This document shows, piece after piece, positions 1 through 9,493 of a stretch of 64,000 nucleotides of DNA. The stretch's first letter is position 1. Every line of letters starts with the position of its first letter. The notes beneath the pieces were generated by a model. The model did no database searches, was not told the DNA's origin, and saw only the letters and a list, made by a program, of their open reading frames with translations. The position numbers and the translations under genes are program-made. The DNA is from an uncultured Gemmataceae bacterium (GTDB lineage Bacteria; Planctomycetota; Planctomycetia; Gemmatales; Gemmataceae), in contig CAVVPN010000001.1 of the NCBI GenBank assembly GCA_963750165.1, forward strand, positions 64,001 to 128,000, read 5' to 3'.

Positions 1-36
1 CCTGTCAACCGGGCGCGTGAAAATAGCCCGACCTCG

Positions 37-95
37 TGGGGTAGACCTTCCTGTCTGCCGCTTCCCGTGGGGCAGGCTGGAAAGCCTGCCCCACG
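37..95. repeat. REP-like palindromic element (GTGGGGCAG... family)
   Basis: GTGGGGTAGACCTTCCTGTCTGCC followed by hairpin CGTGGGGCAGGCT-GGAA-AGCCTGCCCCACG; same family at 2782-2870, 20383-20413 and 58739-58802. Confidence 0.75.
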
Positions 96-104
96 AAAAG
101 GCGG

Positions 105-530
105 TCACAGGCCGACTTCTTTCTTGAGGTTCTTGAACCAGTCGCTGAACCAGCCCGAGGAGGTCTTGTAGGCGTTGTCCTCAATGATCTGAATGCACAT
201 CCGCTTGCACTGGATGTCCGTCCGCTTGCCCTTGGTGCGCTTCTTGCACTGGGTGACCGCGTCGTTGAATTCCTTCTCGTCGATCTTGCCGTCGTTGCCG
301 GCCAGGGTGTCGAGCAGGTCTTTCAGTTCGCTCAGGACGCGGCTTTCCAGGATGTAATCCTGGGCGTCGCACACCTGGGACAGGGCCGCGCGGGCGCTGT
401 CCACGCTGACGCCCTGTTGCAGGGCGATCTGCAGGATTTCGCGCTCCTCGTTTTTGTCGATGTACTTGTCATCGAAGGCGCGCAGTTTGACTTCTTCCAC
501 AAACCGCCGTTTCACATCGTCCAGATTCAT
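105..530 (-). CDS. hypothetical alpha-helical protein with two EF-hand-like acidic loops
   Basis: 141-aa ORF with host-like codon usage; internal repeat DDKYIDKNEE / NDGKIDEKEF. Confidence 0.7.
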   Translation of the reverse strand: MNLDDVKRRFVEEVKLRAFDDKYIDKNEEREILQIALQQGVSVDSARAALSQVCDAQDYILESRVLSELKDLLDTLAGNDGKIDEKEFNDAVTQCKKRTKGKRTDIQCKRMCIQIIEDNAYKTSSGWFSDWFKNLKKEVGL

Positions 531-771
531 GCAGGGTCTCCTTGATAAAGGGGGGCATTTGCCCCGTGGGGGATTGGTTGAGGGAATGTTCCCATACCTC
601 CGCGGTGGAGGCGCTCACACCTTGTTCGCTGGGAACCCGGTCGCATTTAGACGAAATCTCGCTCGATTATACCTTGCGCGCGCGGCGGTCAACCAGGTAA
701 GTCCCCCTGTTCCCGGTCGGGCCGTCCTGGTAACCTTCGCCTTACGCCCACAGGCCGTCAAGAGGGAACCC

Positions 772-2139
772 ATGCCAACTGCCGTCACCGCCGTCGCGCC
801 CCGCCCCAGCGCCCCGTACTCCGAACAGGCCCTGCCGGGCGCCAGCCGTGCCCTGCTGCTGCTGCTGGCCATCAACCTGTTCAACTACATCGACCGCCAG
901 GTGCTGGCGGCTGTCGAGCCGGAGATCCAGAAGGATCTGCTGCCGGGCGTGGCGGAGGAGCACGCCGGCTTCCTGATGGGCATGCTGTCCACGGCCTTCC
1001 TGGTCATGTACATGGTCAGCGCGCCGCTGTTCGGCTGGCTGGCGGAGCGCATGGCCCGCTGGAAGATCGTGGCCATCGGCGTCGCGGTCTGGAGCGTGGC
1101 CAGCGGGGCGTCCGGGATGAACTGGCACCTGAGTAATATGGGCCTGGCATTCTGGCTGCTGCTGTGTACGCGGTTGTTCGTCGGCGTCGGCGAGGGGGCT
1201 TACGGCCCGGTGGCGCCGACCATGCTCGCGGACCTGTACCCGGTGGCGCGGCGTGGGCGGATCATGGCCTATTTCTACCTGGCCATCCCGGTGGGCGGCG
1301 CCCTCGGTTACGCCTGGGGCGAGGTCTTCAAGGATCTGCTCGGCTGGCACTGGGCGTTCTACCTGGTGGCGCCGCCCGGCCTGCTGCTGGCGGCGCTGTG
1401 CCTGCTGATGCCCGAGCCGCCGCGCGGCCGGGCCGACGCGGTCCAGACCACGGAGCGCAAGCCCACCTGGGGCGACTACGGCTACCTGTTGCGCATCCCG
1501 TCGTTCGCGCTGAACACGGCCGGCATGACGCTGATGTCCTTCGGCCTGGGCGGGCTGGCGTACTGGATGCCGGCGTACCTGACACAGGTGGGGGCGCCAC
1601 CGCTGAGCCTGGGTTTCTTCGAGTTGGGGCCGCGGACGACGTTCGGGGCGGTGACGGCGCTGGCGGGGCTGATCGCGACGCTGCTGGGCGGCCTGGCCGG
1701 TGACTGGCTGCGCGGCCGCGTGCCCGGGGCGTACTTCTTTGTCTCCGGCGTGGGTCTGATTTTCAGCATGCCGATGCTGTTGCTGTTCCTGAACACGCCG
1801 TTCCCGCTCGCCTGGGTGTTCGGCTTCCTCACGGTCTTCGGCGTGTTCTTCAGCACCGGCCCGACCGCCACCGCCCTGGCGAACGTCATGCACCCGTCGC
1901 TGCGGGCCGCCGGCTTCGCCCTGAACATCCTGATTATCCACCTTCTGGGTGACGCCATTTCGCCGCCGGTGCTCGGCTGGGTCGCCGGCAGGGTCGGCCA
2001 GCCTGGGCAGCCCGACTATGGCTTTGCGTTTGTGATCGTGTCCGTCACGATGGCGGTCGGCGGCGTCGCCTGGCTGTGGGGCATGCGCTGCCTGGAGTTC
2101 GACACCCGACTGGCGCCGTCGCGGTTGCCGGAGTCGTGA
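772..2139 (+). CDS. MFS transporter, Spinster-like
   Basis: INLFNYIDRQ motif, GWLAERMARWK loop, RLFVGVGEG, about 12 hydrophobic segments; ATG at 772 after GAGGG. Confidence 0.9.
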   Translation: MPTAVTAVAPRPSAPYSEQALPGASRALLLLLAINLFNYIDRQVLAAVEPEIQKDLLPGVAEEHAGFLMGMLSTAFLVMYMVSAPLFGWLAERMARWKIVAIGVAVWSVASGASGMNWHLSNMGLAFWLLLCTRLFVGVGEGAYGPVAPTMLADLYPVARRGRIMAYFYLAIPVGGALGYAWGEVFKDLLGWHWAFYLVAPPGLLLAALCLLMPEPPRGRADAVQTTERKPTWGDYGYLLRIPSFALNTAGMTLMSFGLGGLAYWMPAYLTQVGAPPLSLGFFELGPRTTFGAVTALAGLIATLLGGLAGDWLRGRVPGAYFFVSGVGLIFSMPMLLLFLNTPFPLAWVFGFLTVFGVFFSTGPTATALANVMHPSLRAAGFALNILIIHLLGDAISPPVLGWVAGRVGQPGQPDYGFAFVIVSVTMAVGGVAWLWGMRCLEFDTRLAPSRLPES

Positions 2140-2185
2140 GGGGGTCAGGGGGTGACAGGGGACCGTCTTTCACCCTGTCACCCCC

Positions 2186-2755
2186 TCACTCTGTCACCCC
2201 CTCACCCCATCGGGCGGGGCGGGCGCGATAGGCGGCGAAGGACGGCAGGCGCTGGTCGCGGGCCGAGACGATCGGTTGGCGGATCGGCCACGGCAGCGCC
2301 AGTTCGGGGTCGGCCCAGAAGATGCCGCCCTCGCCGGCCGGCTCGTAAGGGGCGTCCACCTTGTAGAGCACGTCGGCCGGCTCGTCGCCCAGCACGCAGA
2401 AGCCGTGCGCGAAACCGGCGGGAATCCACAACATGCAGCCATTGAGGTCGCTCATCTCGATGCCGAAGTGCTGGCCGTAAGTCGGTGAGTCCGGCCGCAC
2501 GTCCACGACCACATCCCAGACGCGACCGCGGACGACGCCGACCAACTTGCCCTGGTCCGGCCCGCACTGGTAGTGCAGTCCGCGCACGACATTCGGCCCG
2601 GAGCGCGAGTGGTTGTCCTGCACGAAGCGCGTGGGCAGGCCGTGGTCCGTGAAGCGTTGCAGGTGGAAGCGCTCGACGAAGAAGCCGCGGGCGTCGCCGT
2701 GAATCTGTAGCTCCACCAGCACCAGGCCCGGCAATTCCAGACGTGTCATCTTCAT
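2186..2755 (-). CDS. rfbC: dTDP-4-dehydrorhamnose 3,5-epimerase
   Basis: GDARGFF, FVQDNHSRS, RGLHYQ, WIPAGFAHGF motifs; downstream of rfbA. Confidence 0.95.
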   Translation of the reverse strand: MKMTRLELPGLVLVELQIHGDARGFFVERFHLQRFTDHGLPTRFVQDNHSRSGPNVVRGLHYQCGPDQGKLVGVVRGRVWDVVVDVRPDSPTYGQHFGIEMSDLNGCMLWIPAGFAHGFCVLGDEPADVLYKVDAPYEPAGEGGIFWADPELALPWPIRQPIVSARDQRLPSFAAYRARPARWGEGVTE

Positions 2756-2781
2756 GAATCCAGGTCTCCGTCCCGTCTTCC

Positions 2782-2870
2782 GTGGGGCAGACATTCCTGT
2801 CTGCCTCTGTTTCGCAGGGCAAACATTCCTGTCTGCCGATCTCAACGGCAGACAGGAATGTCTGCCCCAC
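2782..2870. repeat. REP-like inverted repeat cluster
   Basis: GTGGGGCAGACATTCCTGTCTGCC, a degenerate second copy, and the inverted copy GGCAGACAGGAATGTCTGCCCCAC. Confidence 0.85.
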
Positions 2871-2874
2871 GTTT

Positions 2875-3756
2875 CTAAAGCCGGGCCTGATGCTCGTGCA
2901 GCGCCCGCAGCAGATAGCGGCCGTACTCGCTGCTGCCCGACGCCTCGGCCAGGCGCTGCAGAGCGGCCGCGTCAATGAAACCCTTCAGGAAGGCGATCTC
3001 CTCCAGGCAGGCGATTTTCAGCCCCTGCCGCTGTTCCAGCGTTTGCACGAACTGCGCCGACGACAGCAGCGTGTCGAACGTCCCCAGGTCGAGCCAGGCG
3101 ACACCGCGGCCCAGCGGCGTCACCGTCAACTGGCCGCGCTGCAGGTACTCGCGGTTGACGTCGGTGATCTCCAGTTCGCCGCGGGGCGACGGCTTCAGGC
3201 CGCGGGCGATGTCCACCACCTGGCCGTCGTAGAAATACAGGCCCGTGACCGCCCAGTTGGAGCGCGGCTGCTTCGGCTTTTCTTCCAGGCTCAGGGCGCG
3301 GAACTGGCGGTCGAACTCGACGACGCCGAAGCGCTCCGGGTCGCTGACGTAGTGGGCGAAGACGTGGGCGCCGCCGGTCAGCGCGACGGACTGCGTCAGC
3401 AGGGCCACGAGGTCATGGCCGAAGAACAGGTTGTCGCCGAGGATCAGGCAGACGGGCTGGCCGGCGATGAAGTCGGCGCCGAGCAGGAACGCCTGGGCGA
3501 TGCCGCCGGGGTTTGGCTGCACCTGATAGGAGAAAGCGACGCCCCACTGGCTGCCGTCGCCGAGCAGATCGCGGATCAGCGGCACGTCGCGCGGCGTGCT
3601 GATGACGAGGATGTCGCGGATGCCGGCGAGCATCAGCACGGACAGCGGGTAGTAGATGACCGGCTTGTCGTAGACGGGCAGCAGCTGCTTGCTGACGGAG
3701 CGCGTCAACGGGTAGAGGCGGGTGCCGCTGCCGCCGGCCAGGACAATTCCCTTCAT
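2875..3756 (-). CDS. rfbA: glucose-1-phosphate thymidylyltransferase
   Basis: [43 protein letters not shown]. Confidence 0.97.
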   Translation of the reverse strand: MKGIVLAGGSGTRLYPLTRSVSKQLLPVYDKPVIYYPLSVLMLAGIRDILVISTPRDVPLIRDLLGDGSQWGVAFSYQVQPNPGGIAQAFLLGADFIAGQPVCLILGDNLFFGHDLVALLTQSVALTGGAHVFAHYVSDPERFGVVEFDRQFRALSLEEKPKQPRSNWAVTGLYFYDGQVVDIARGLKPSPRGELEITDVNREYLQRGQLTVTPLGRGVAWLDLGTFDTLLSSAQFVQTLEQRQGLKIACLEEIAFLKGFIDAAALQRLAEASGSSEYGRYLLRALHEHQARL

Positions 3757-4074
3757 GGTGTCGCTCCGTGTCTGGGTGACGGACGGTTGCTGAAGTGTAG
3801 CGTAGTGGCCGCCGCTGCGGAAGGCCATCGCCACGCTTGACGCCGGCTGCCGCTCGCTATCCGGGAAGGGAAGTCAGGTCGGTTGGTCAAGGATAATTCT
3901 TGCTATTTGTTGCCCGTGGGATACTGTGGGGATTGTCCGTGATAGCGACAGGAAGAGCCGGAATAGCGAAAAGAGCGACCCGAATAGCGCAACGAAGGGC
4001 CGTCATGGCGATACGGAGCAGTTGCGGGATACTTTACGCTATTCCAGTAGTTCGGCGGCAAAGTGGGAGACGCG

Positions 4075-4431
4075 ATGGACCTTGGCGACATCCACTTCCA
4101 CGACAGCAGGCTGATCCGTGTCGTCGAGTTGTCTGAGCCACACGACCTGCTGTTCGAGGTCATGTACCCTGTTGATTGGGAGAACAACGTCTTCGACACA
4201 AGGGTTATCGCCTTTAGAGACGTGCTGAACTACCGTGTTGATGAAGGGCCATTCTAGGGCGCACCCACCCTTTTGGATGCCTACGATGAAGGCCTGGCTG
4301 GTGATTATCGGCGGGTCACGCTACAGACGAATGCCGGAACTCGGTCGCTGTCCTTCAAGATGGTCGAGTTGCTTGATCCAGACATGCGCGCCGAACAAGG
4401 CGTTGCACCTGACTGCGGCGGGATCAAGTGA
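4075..4431 (+). pseudogene. small hypothetical gene-cassette ORF with internal TAG (4255-4257)
   Basis: MDLGDIHFHDS...EGPF*GAPTLLD...AEQGVAPDCGGIK reads in one frame; flanked by GTTCGGC (4050) and GCCGAAC (4390). Confidence 0.6.
4390..4422 (+). mobile_element. truncated attC-like site (left half only)
   Basis: GCCGAAC-AAGGC-GTTGCACCTGAC resembles the R''/L'' start of attC sites; complementary right half absent. Confidence 0.5.
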
Positions 4432-4610
4432 GGGACGGAAAGAGACGGGGACGGAAAGGGGACGGGCACATTTTTCCCGTTGAAGGAGGGAAAATGTGCC
4501 CATCCCCTTTCCCTGTCCGAGGTCGGCCGTCCGAGGAGCGGCAGCACTCGACCGACCCCGCCGCCGGTGGTAGAATGACGCCAGCCCAAGCGACGCCCAC
4601 GAGGTATGCG

Positions 4611-5258
4611 ATGAAAAGCCTGGCTGACGGACTCCCGCCCGAAATCGCCCGCCAGATTCATCCCGACTGGCGCAAAAACGAGGCAGCCTACTGGGCAGCT
4701 CGCGAGCAGCTCCTCAATCAATATCGAGGCCAGTGGATTGCCTTCGCCGACGGCGCCGTCATCGCCGCCTGCAAGACCTCACTCGAGGTGTTCCACACGC
4801 CCGGGGTGGTGCAGCGGCATCCGTTCGTGACCTGCGTCGGGCGAGAAGACGAACCGTATCGCATCCGCCGCGCCACCTTCGCCTACGATCCTACCTATCC
4901 CGGACAGGCGTTGCCGCTGCTCAGCGTCGAGTTTCGCTCGGTGAACGGTTCTGCGGGATTGGCTCTGGATCGGGTCATCCCCGACACCGGCGCGGACGTG
5001 AGCGTCTTGCCGTGGTCCGACTGCCAGCAACTGCACCTCGACCCTGCCGCGGGTGTCTCCGGCCTGATCAGCGGGATTGGGGGCGTTGGTGCGGCAACCG
5101 TTGGCTTCCCGGCCTGGGTCTGGTTGGATGGCCAGGAGTATCCCTGTCAGCTTCAAGCAGACTTCGCGGGTCAAGAGCGCATCATGGGGCGGGATGTGCT
5201 CAACCGCGTGGACATCCTGTTCCGCGGTCCTGCCGGCGAGGTAATCGTCAATCCGTGA
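4611..5258 (+). CDS. DUF5678-like domain fused to retropepsin-like aspartic protease
   Basis: N-terminal LLNQYRGQWIAFADGAVIA; catalytic IPDTGAD and IMGRDVL motifs. Confidence 0.8.
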   Translation: MKSLADGLPPEIARQIHPDWRKNEAAYWAAREQLLNQYRGQWIAFADGAVIAACKTSLEVFHTPGVVQRHPFVTCVGREDEPYRIRRATFAYDPTYPGQALPLLSVEFRSVNGSAGLALDRVIPDTGADVSVLPWSDCQQLHLDPAAGVSGLISGIGGVGAATVGFPAWVWLDGQEYPCQLQADFAGQERIMGRDVLNRVDILFRGPAGEVIVNP

Positions 5259-5270
5259 AGGGGTAGACAA

Positions 5271-5687
5271 GTGATCACACTCGGATTCAAACAATCGGAG
5301 GTCAAGCCCACGAGGCGCGCCCAGCCCAAGCTCGATCTATTCCTGAGCATGTGCCAGAGCGTCGGTGCGTTCATGGCGAAGCACGGCGGCGGCAACTTCA
5401 ATGCATTCCTTTCCCGCGCAGACGGCAGCGCGTTCTGCCTTTATTTGATGACCGATGCCGAGGCTTACGACTTCGATCTGAGCGGCAAATTGGCTACCTT
5501 CGCCGCTCCCTTCATCGAGCGCGGTCTCCTGGAGTCTGCCTCGCTGCTGCCAGCATCTTCTCCGGAAGAGTTGTCGGCATTGTTCGATCTGGATTCGGCT
5601 CTTCGGATCGAGATCGAGCATGCCCAGTTCAGCAGAGCACCGAGCCAAGTATCAGGCGAACAGGCAGCTGCTCGATACCGGGAATAA
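5271..5687 (+). CDS. hypothetical protein, possible degenerate nucleotidyltransferase-like antitoxin
   Basis: 138-aa lower-GC ORF overlapping the downstream HEPN-like gene. Confidence 0.55.
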   Translation: MITLGFKQSEVKPTRRAQPKLDLFLSMCQSVGAFMAKHGGGNFNAFLSRADGSAFCLYLMTDAEAYDFDLSGKLATFAAPFIERGLLESASLLPASSPEELSALFDLDSALRIEIEHAQFSRAPSQVSGEQAAARYRE

Positions 5688-6060
5688 CGGTACGCCGCTC
5701 AGCATTCTCGATGGGTGCTGGGCCGCCGTCGTCGCTTTTTATGCAGCGCTTCACCTTGTAGACCGTCTCGGCGCGGCAGCCAACCCTCAAATACACCCGA
5801 CGCCCCCAGGCGCGCACGGCAAGCGACTGCGATTCCTTTACGCGAACCATCGCGCGATTTACGCAGACTATAACGACCTGAAAACCGCCTCCGAGATTGC
5901 ACGCTACGGCACCCTGAATCAGTTCACCCGAGCCTTCCCTGGAACCACCGTTCAAGACATTCTGATCGATCAAAAACTTGTCGCTATAGAAACTTACGTC
6001 AACAATTTTTTCAATCCGCCGGCCCCACCACCTCCGCCAGGCGTCGCGTTGGGGAGTTAG
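5620..6060 (+). CDS. HEPN-domain protein (putative toxin/RNase)
   Basis: WAAVVAFYAALHLVD helix, HGKR motif and C-terminal SEIARY, typical of HEPN family. Confidence 0.65.
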   Translation: MPSSAEHRAKYQANRQLLDTGNNGTPLSILDGCWAAVVAFYAALHLVDRLGAAANPQIHPTPPGAHGKRLRFLYANHRAIYADYNDLKTASEIARYGTLNQFTRAFPGTTVQDILIDQKLVAIETYVNNFFNPPAPPPPPGVALGS

Positions 6061-6522
6061 AAAGTTTCCTCCGATGACTTGATTGGCCCGGTCAGCGGGC
6101 CGGCCAGGCGCTTGCGACCGGGGCTTGTGCGCGGCTGAACCCTTGAACTCCTGGCTTCCCAACGGTAGCCCCTGGCAACCGCAGACTTCACAGAACACGC
6201 TCAACAATCGCCGCCGCATCCTCCCCCCGTTGTGGCACGGTCTCCCGACCGTGTCACTGTCTTTGACCGAAGGTCTCCTCTTGTTGTCGCTGGAAGGCGG
6301 AGGAGACCTTCGGTCGGGCCAAGTAGCCTGGTCCGGAGACCAGGCCACAACGCAAGTGGGCCTGCCCGCTTTCCCGACGCTCGCCGCCACGCCGCGGTTA
6401 CGCCCGACAACCCCTTCGCGACCTGCCCCAAAGCCGCGCGGCGCCGCCCTTCGGATATACTGGAAGAGAAGTCCGGGGCCGTCCCCTTTCAAGCGCCGAC
6501 CCGGCGCCGCTAGGATGGGACC

Positions 6523-9129
6523 ATGACGTTTCTCTTTCCCCTGGTGCTCGGCGGCCTGGCGCTGCTGTCCGTGCCGCTGGTGCTGCACCTGATTTCGCGG
6601 CGCAAGCCGAAGACGCTGCCGTTCCCCGCGTTCCGCTTTCTGGTGCAGCGCCGCCGCAGCCACCTGCGCAAACTCCGCCTGCGCCAGCTCCTCTTGCTGG
6701 CGCTGCGCCTCCTCGTGATCGCCGCGGTGGTCCTCGCGGTGGCACAGCCCAAGGTATTCCACGACGCGCTGCAACTGGCCACGCAGCGGCCCACCGCAGT
6801 GGTGCTGCTGTTCGACACCAGCTCCAGCATGGACTACCGCTCGCAGGAGAACCATGCCCGGCTCGACGAGGCCAAACGCCTGGCCCACGAACTGCTCGAC
6901 CAGCTCGGCCCCGCCAGCCGCGTCATCGTCCTGGACAGCGCCGAGACGCGCGACCTTGGCCCGAAGTCCTGGCTGGCGCGCGATGAGGCCCACAAGGCCA
7001 TCGACCAGTTAAAACTGCGGCCGGCCAACGCGCCCGTGACGGCGTGGCTGCGCCAGGTGTATGCGTTGTTCGATAAGACCGCCCGCGACCCGGACCTGGA
7101 GGTGCGGCGCATGCCGCGGCTGCTGTGCGTCTACTCCGACCGCACCGCCGCTTGCTGGGACACGAAGGCCGTGCCCGCTCTGCACGACGGCCGCGAAGCG
7201 GTGCCGCCGTCGCTGGAGCAGTTGCACAAAGTCTACGGCACCCTGCCGGCGCTGATCGAACTGCTGGGGCAGTTGCGCCAGCAGCTGCCACCGGCCGACG
7301 GAGAGAATTTTGGCGATCTCACCCTCACCGGCCTGCTGGGCCAGCTGCGCAAGCGCGCCCCCGTGTACGGCCAGGAAGATTACCCCGACCGCAAGATTTC
7401 CGACCTGGTCGCCAGCGTGCGCGGCGAGGCGCGGCAGCTGACCGTGCAGTTGCAGAAGCGTGAGGCGAAGGATGAGGCGAAGGCATATCGCGACCGGCTG
7501 ATCCGGGCGCTGCAGGCGCTGCAGCGCGACCTGCGCGGCGTGCGCGAGGTCTTCTTCGACGTGGGCACCGATGAGCCGCTGGACCGGGCCATCGTGGACC
7601 TGCACTTCCCGGAACTGACCGGCCGCGGCGAACGGCTGGTCTTCGGCAAGGACGAAGGCTTCGACCTGCGTGTCACGCTGCGGGCGACCGGACAACGCAT
7701 GAACGCCCAGGTGGCGTGCGAAGTCGATGGCAAGACCGTGGGGCCGGACAAGGCGGCGGTGATCGACAAGGACCAGACCGGCGAGGTCGTCTTCGTGGTC
7801 CCGCCAACCAAACCTGGCACGCATCATGTGCGAGTCATGCTGCGCGGCACGGACGCGCTCGCCGCCACGGACCAGCGCTTCGCCACGTTCACGGTGCGGC
7901 AGCCGCGCCGCGTCCTGGTGGTGGCCGACCCCGAGAAGGCCGCCGCCGCGGACATCTGGAAGCGTGCCGTCGAGGCCCGCAGGGACTACCTGCTGGACTG
8001 CGAGGTAAAACAGCCGAAGCAGCTCCTCGCGGCCGACGCCGAGCCACTGGACCGCTATCGGGCCGTCTTCCTGTATGAGGTGGCGCAGCCGCAGGAATTG
8101 TGGCCCCTGCTGAACGGGTACGTGAACCGCGGCGGCGGTCTGTGCGTGCTGCCGGGCGGCGCCGAACTGAAGCCGGCAGCTTACCAGGCGGCCAAGACGC
8201 TGTTGCCGGCCGAGTTGGTCAAGGTGGCCGATGCGGGCAAGCTCGGTGTGCCGCTGGACTGGAACGACCCGGCGGTGTTCCAGCATCCGCTGCTGCGGCC
8301 GATTGGCGAATGGAAGAAGGCGTATCCGCTGGATTTCATCGAGGCGCCGCGGCGGGCGTACCGTTACTGGGAGGTGAAGCCCACGGACGCCCGGACGCTG
8401 CTGACCCTCGCCGACGGCAAGGCGCGGCCGCCGGTGCTGCTGGAGCGGCAGCACGGCGGCGGTCGGGGCGGCCGCGTGCTGTTGTTGACCACGACGGTCG
8501 ATAACCGCCGGAACCCGGAGTGGAACAACTTCATGGAGTCGGACACCGCCTTCTGCGTGGTGCTGCCGGGCCTGACCGCCAACTACCTGGCCGGCGATCC
8601 CGAGGACGTGCGGCTCAACTTCACGGCCCGCGCTCGCCAGGCCCCGGTGGTGCCGCTGCCGCTGGAGGGCCACGCCGCCGCGTACCAGCTGGTCGCCGAC
8701 CTGCTCGCGGTGCAGCCCACCGGCAACAAGGCCGCCGTCCCGCCGCTGCGGCCCAATGTGGAGGTGGATGGCCAGGTGCCCGGCGACGGCAAGAACGACC
8801 TGCAACTGCCGCAGGCCGTCGAGCCCGGCAACTACACGCTGAAGAAGTTGAAGAACAAGGACAGCGTCGTCGCCCGCTTCAGCGTCAACACGCCGCCGGA
8901 GGAGAGCGACCTGACGCGCGTGCCGCTGCTGGAGGTCGAGGCGCTGCTGGGCATCGACTCCGTGGTGACGGTCGGGCAGGACATGCCGCTGGCCGAGGTG
9001 CTGCGGCAGCAGTGGGGCGAGCCGCTGGAGTTGTTCCCGTATTTGATGATTCTGTTGCTCTTTGTGCTGGCGCTGGAGAACTTGCTGGCGAACAAGTTCT
9101 ACCGCCGCGAACCGGAGGCCGCGTCATGA
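6523..9129 (+). CDS. BatA N-terminal domain + vWA domain membrane protein
   Basis: PLVLHLISRRKPKTLPFPAFRFL, LLLLALR, MIDAS-like DTSSSM, C-terminal TM ending LENLLANKFY. Confidence 0.9.
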   Translation: MTFLFPLVLGGLALLSVPLVLHLISRRKPKTLPFPAFRFLVQRRRSHLRKLRLRQLLLLALRLLVIAAVVLAVAQPKVFHDALQLATQRPTAVVLLFDTSSSMDYRSQENHARLDEAKRLAHELLDQLGPASRVIVLDSAETRDLGPKSWLARDEAHKAIDQLKLRPANAPVTAWLRQVYALFDKTARDPDLEVRRMPRLLCVYSDRTAACWDTKAVPALHDGREAVPPSLEQLHKVYGTLPALIELLGQLRQQLPPADGENFGDLTLTGLLGQLRKRAPVYGQEDYPDRKISDLVASVRGEARQLTVQLQKREAKDEAKAYRDRLIRALQALQRDLRGVREVFFDVGTDEPLDRAIVDLHFPELTGRGERLVFGKDEGFDLRVTLRATGQRMNAQVACEVDGKTVGPDKAAVIDKDQTGEVVFVVPPTKPGTHHVRVMLRGTDALAATDQRFATFTVRQPRRVLVVADPEKAAAADIWKRAVEARRDYLLDCEVKQPKQLLAADAEPLDRYRAVFLYEVAQPQELWPLLNGYVNRGGGLCVLPGGAELKPAAYQAAKTLLPAELVKVADAGKLGVPLDWNDPAVFQHPLLRPIGEWKKAYPLDFIEAPRRAYRYWEVKPTDARTLLTLADGKARPPVLLERQHGGGRGGRVLLLTTTVDNRRNPEWNNFMESDTAFCVVLPGLTANYLAGDPEDVRLNFTARARQAPVVPLPLEGHAAAYQLVADLLAVQPTGNKAAVPPLRPNVEVDGQVPGDGKNDLQLPQAVEPGNYTLKKLKNKDSVVARFSVNTPPEESDLTRVPLLEVEALLGIDSVVTVGQDMPLAEVLRQQWGEPLELFPYLMILLLFVLALENLLANKFYRREPEAAS

Positions 9130-9212
9130 GCAGCACCGAACTGACCTGGCAACTGGTCGATTCGTGGACAAAATCCGGCTGGCTGATCCTCGGCGGCGCC
9201 GCGGCGTTGCTG
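9109..9212 (+). repeat. 104-bp direct repeat, copy 1 (end of BatA gene + start of partner gene)
   Basis: about 10 mismatches to 12228-12331 by manual alignment. Confidence 0.9.
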
Positions 9213-9493
9213 GGCGTCTCTGGCATCCTTGCTCTGACAGACGACGCCACCGCACGCCCTGCCGTGCCAATCCCCTTCCGTCCCACGACGGCACTTCCCC
9301 CTTGCTCGCCGCCGCGTTTCGGCTATCCTGTAGCTATCCTGCCACCCCGACCGCTCCCCCCGCGGCCGGAACTGCATCGCCCACCGCGTTCGGTCGCACA
9401 ACCCCGTCGGGAATGTCGTTGCATTCCGCGGCGCGGTCGGCGACAATGGTTTTACTGCCGGACTTTCCCACCTACCTCTTGGGGGTACGCCTC

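Noticed and set aside
4255..4257. In-frame TAG as pyrrolysine or recoding
   Set aside because: TAG ends other genes in the window normally and there is no Pyl context; a nonsense mutation is simpler.
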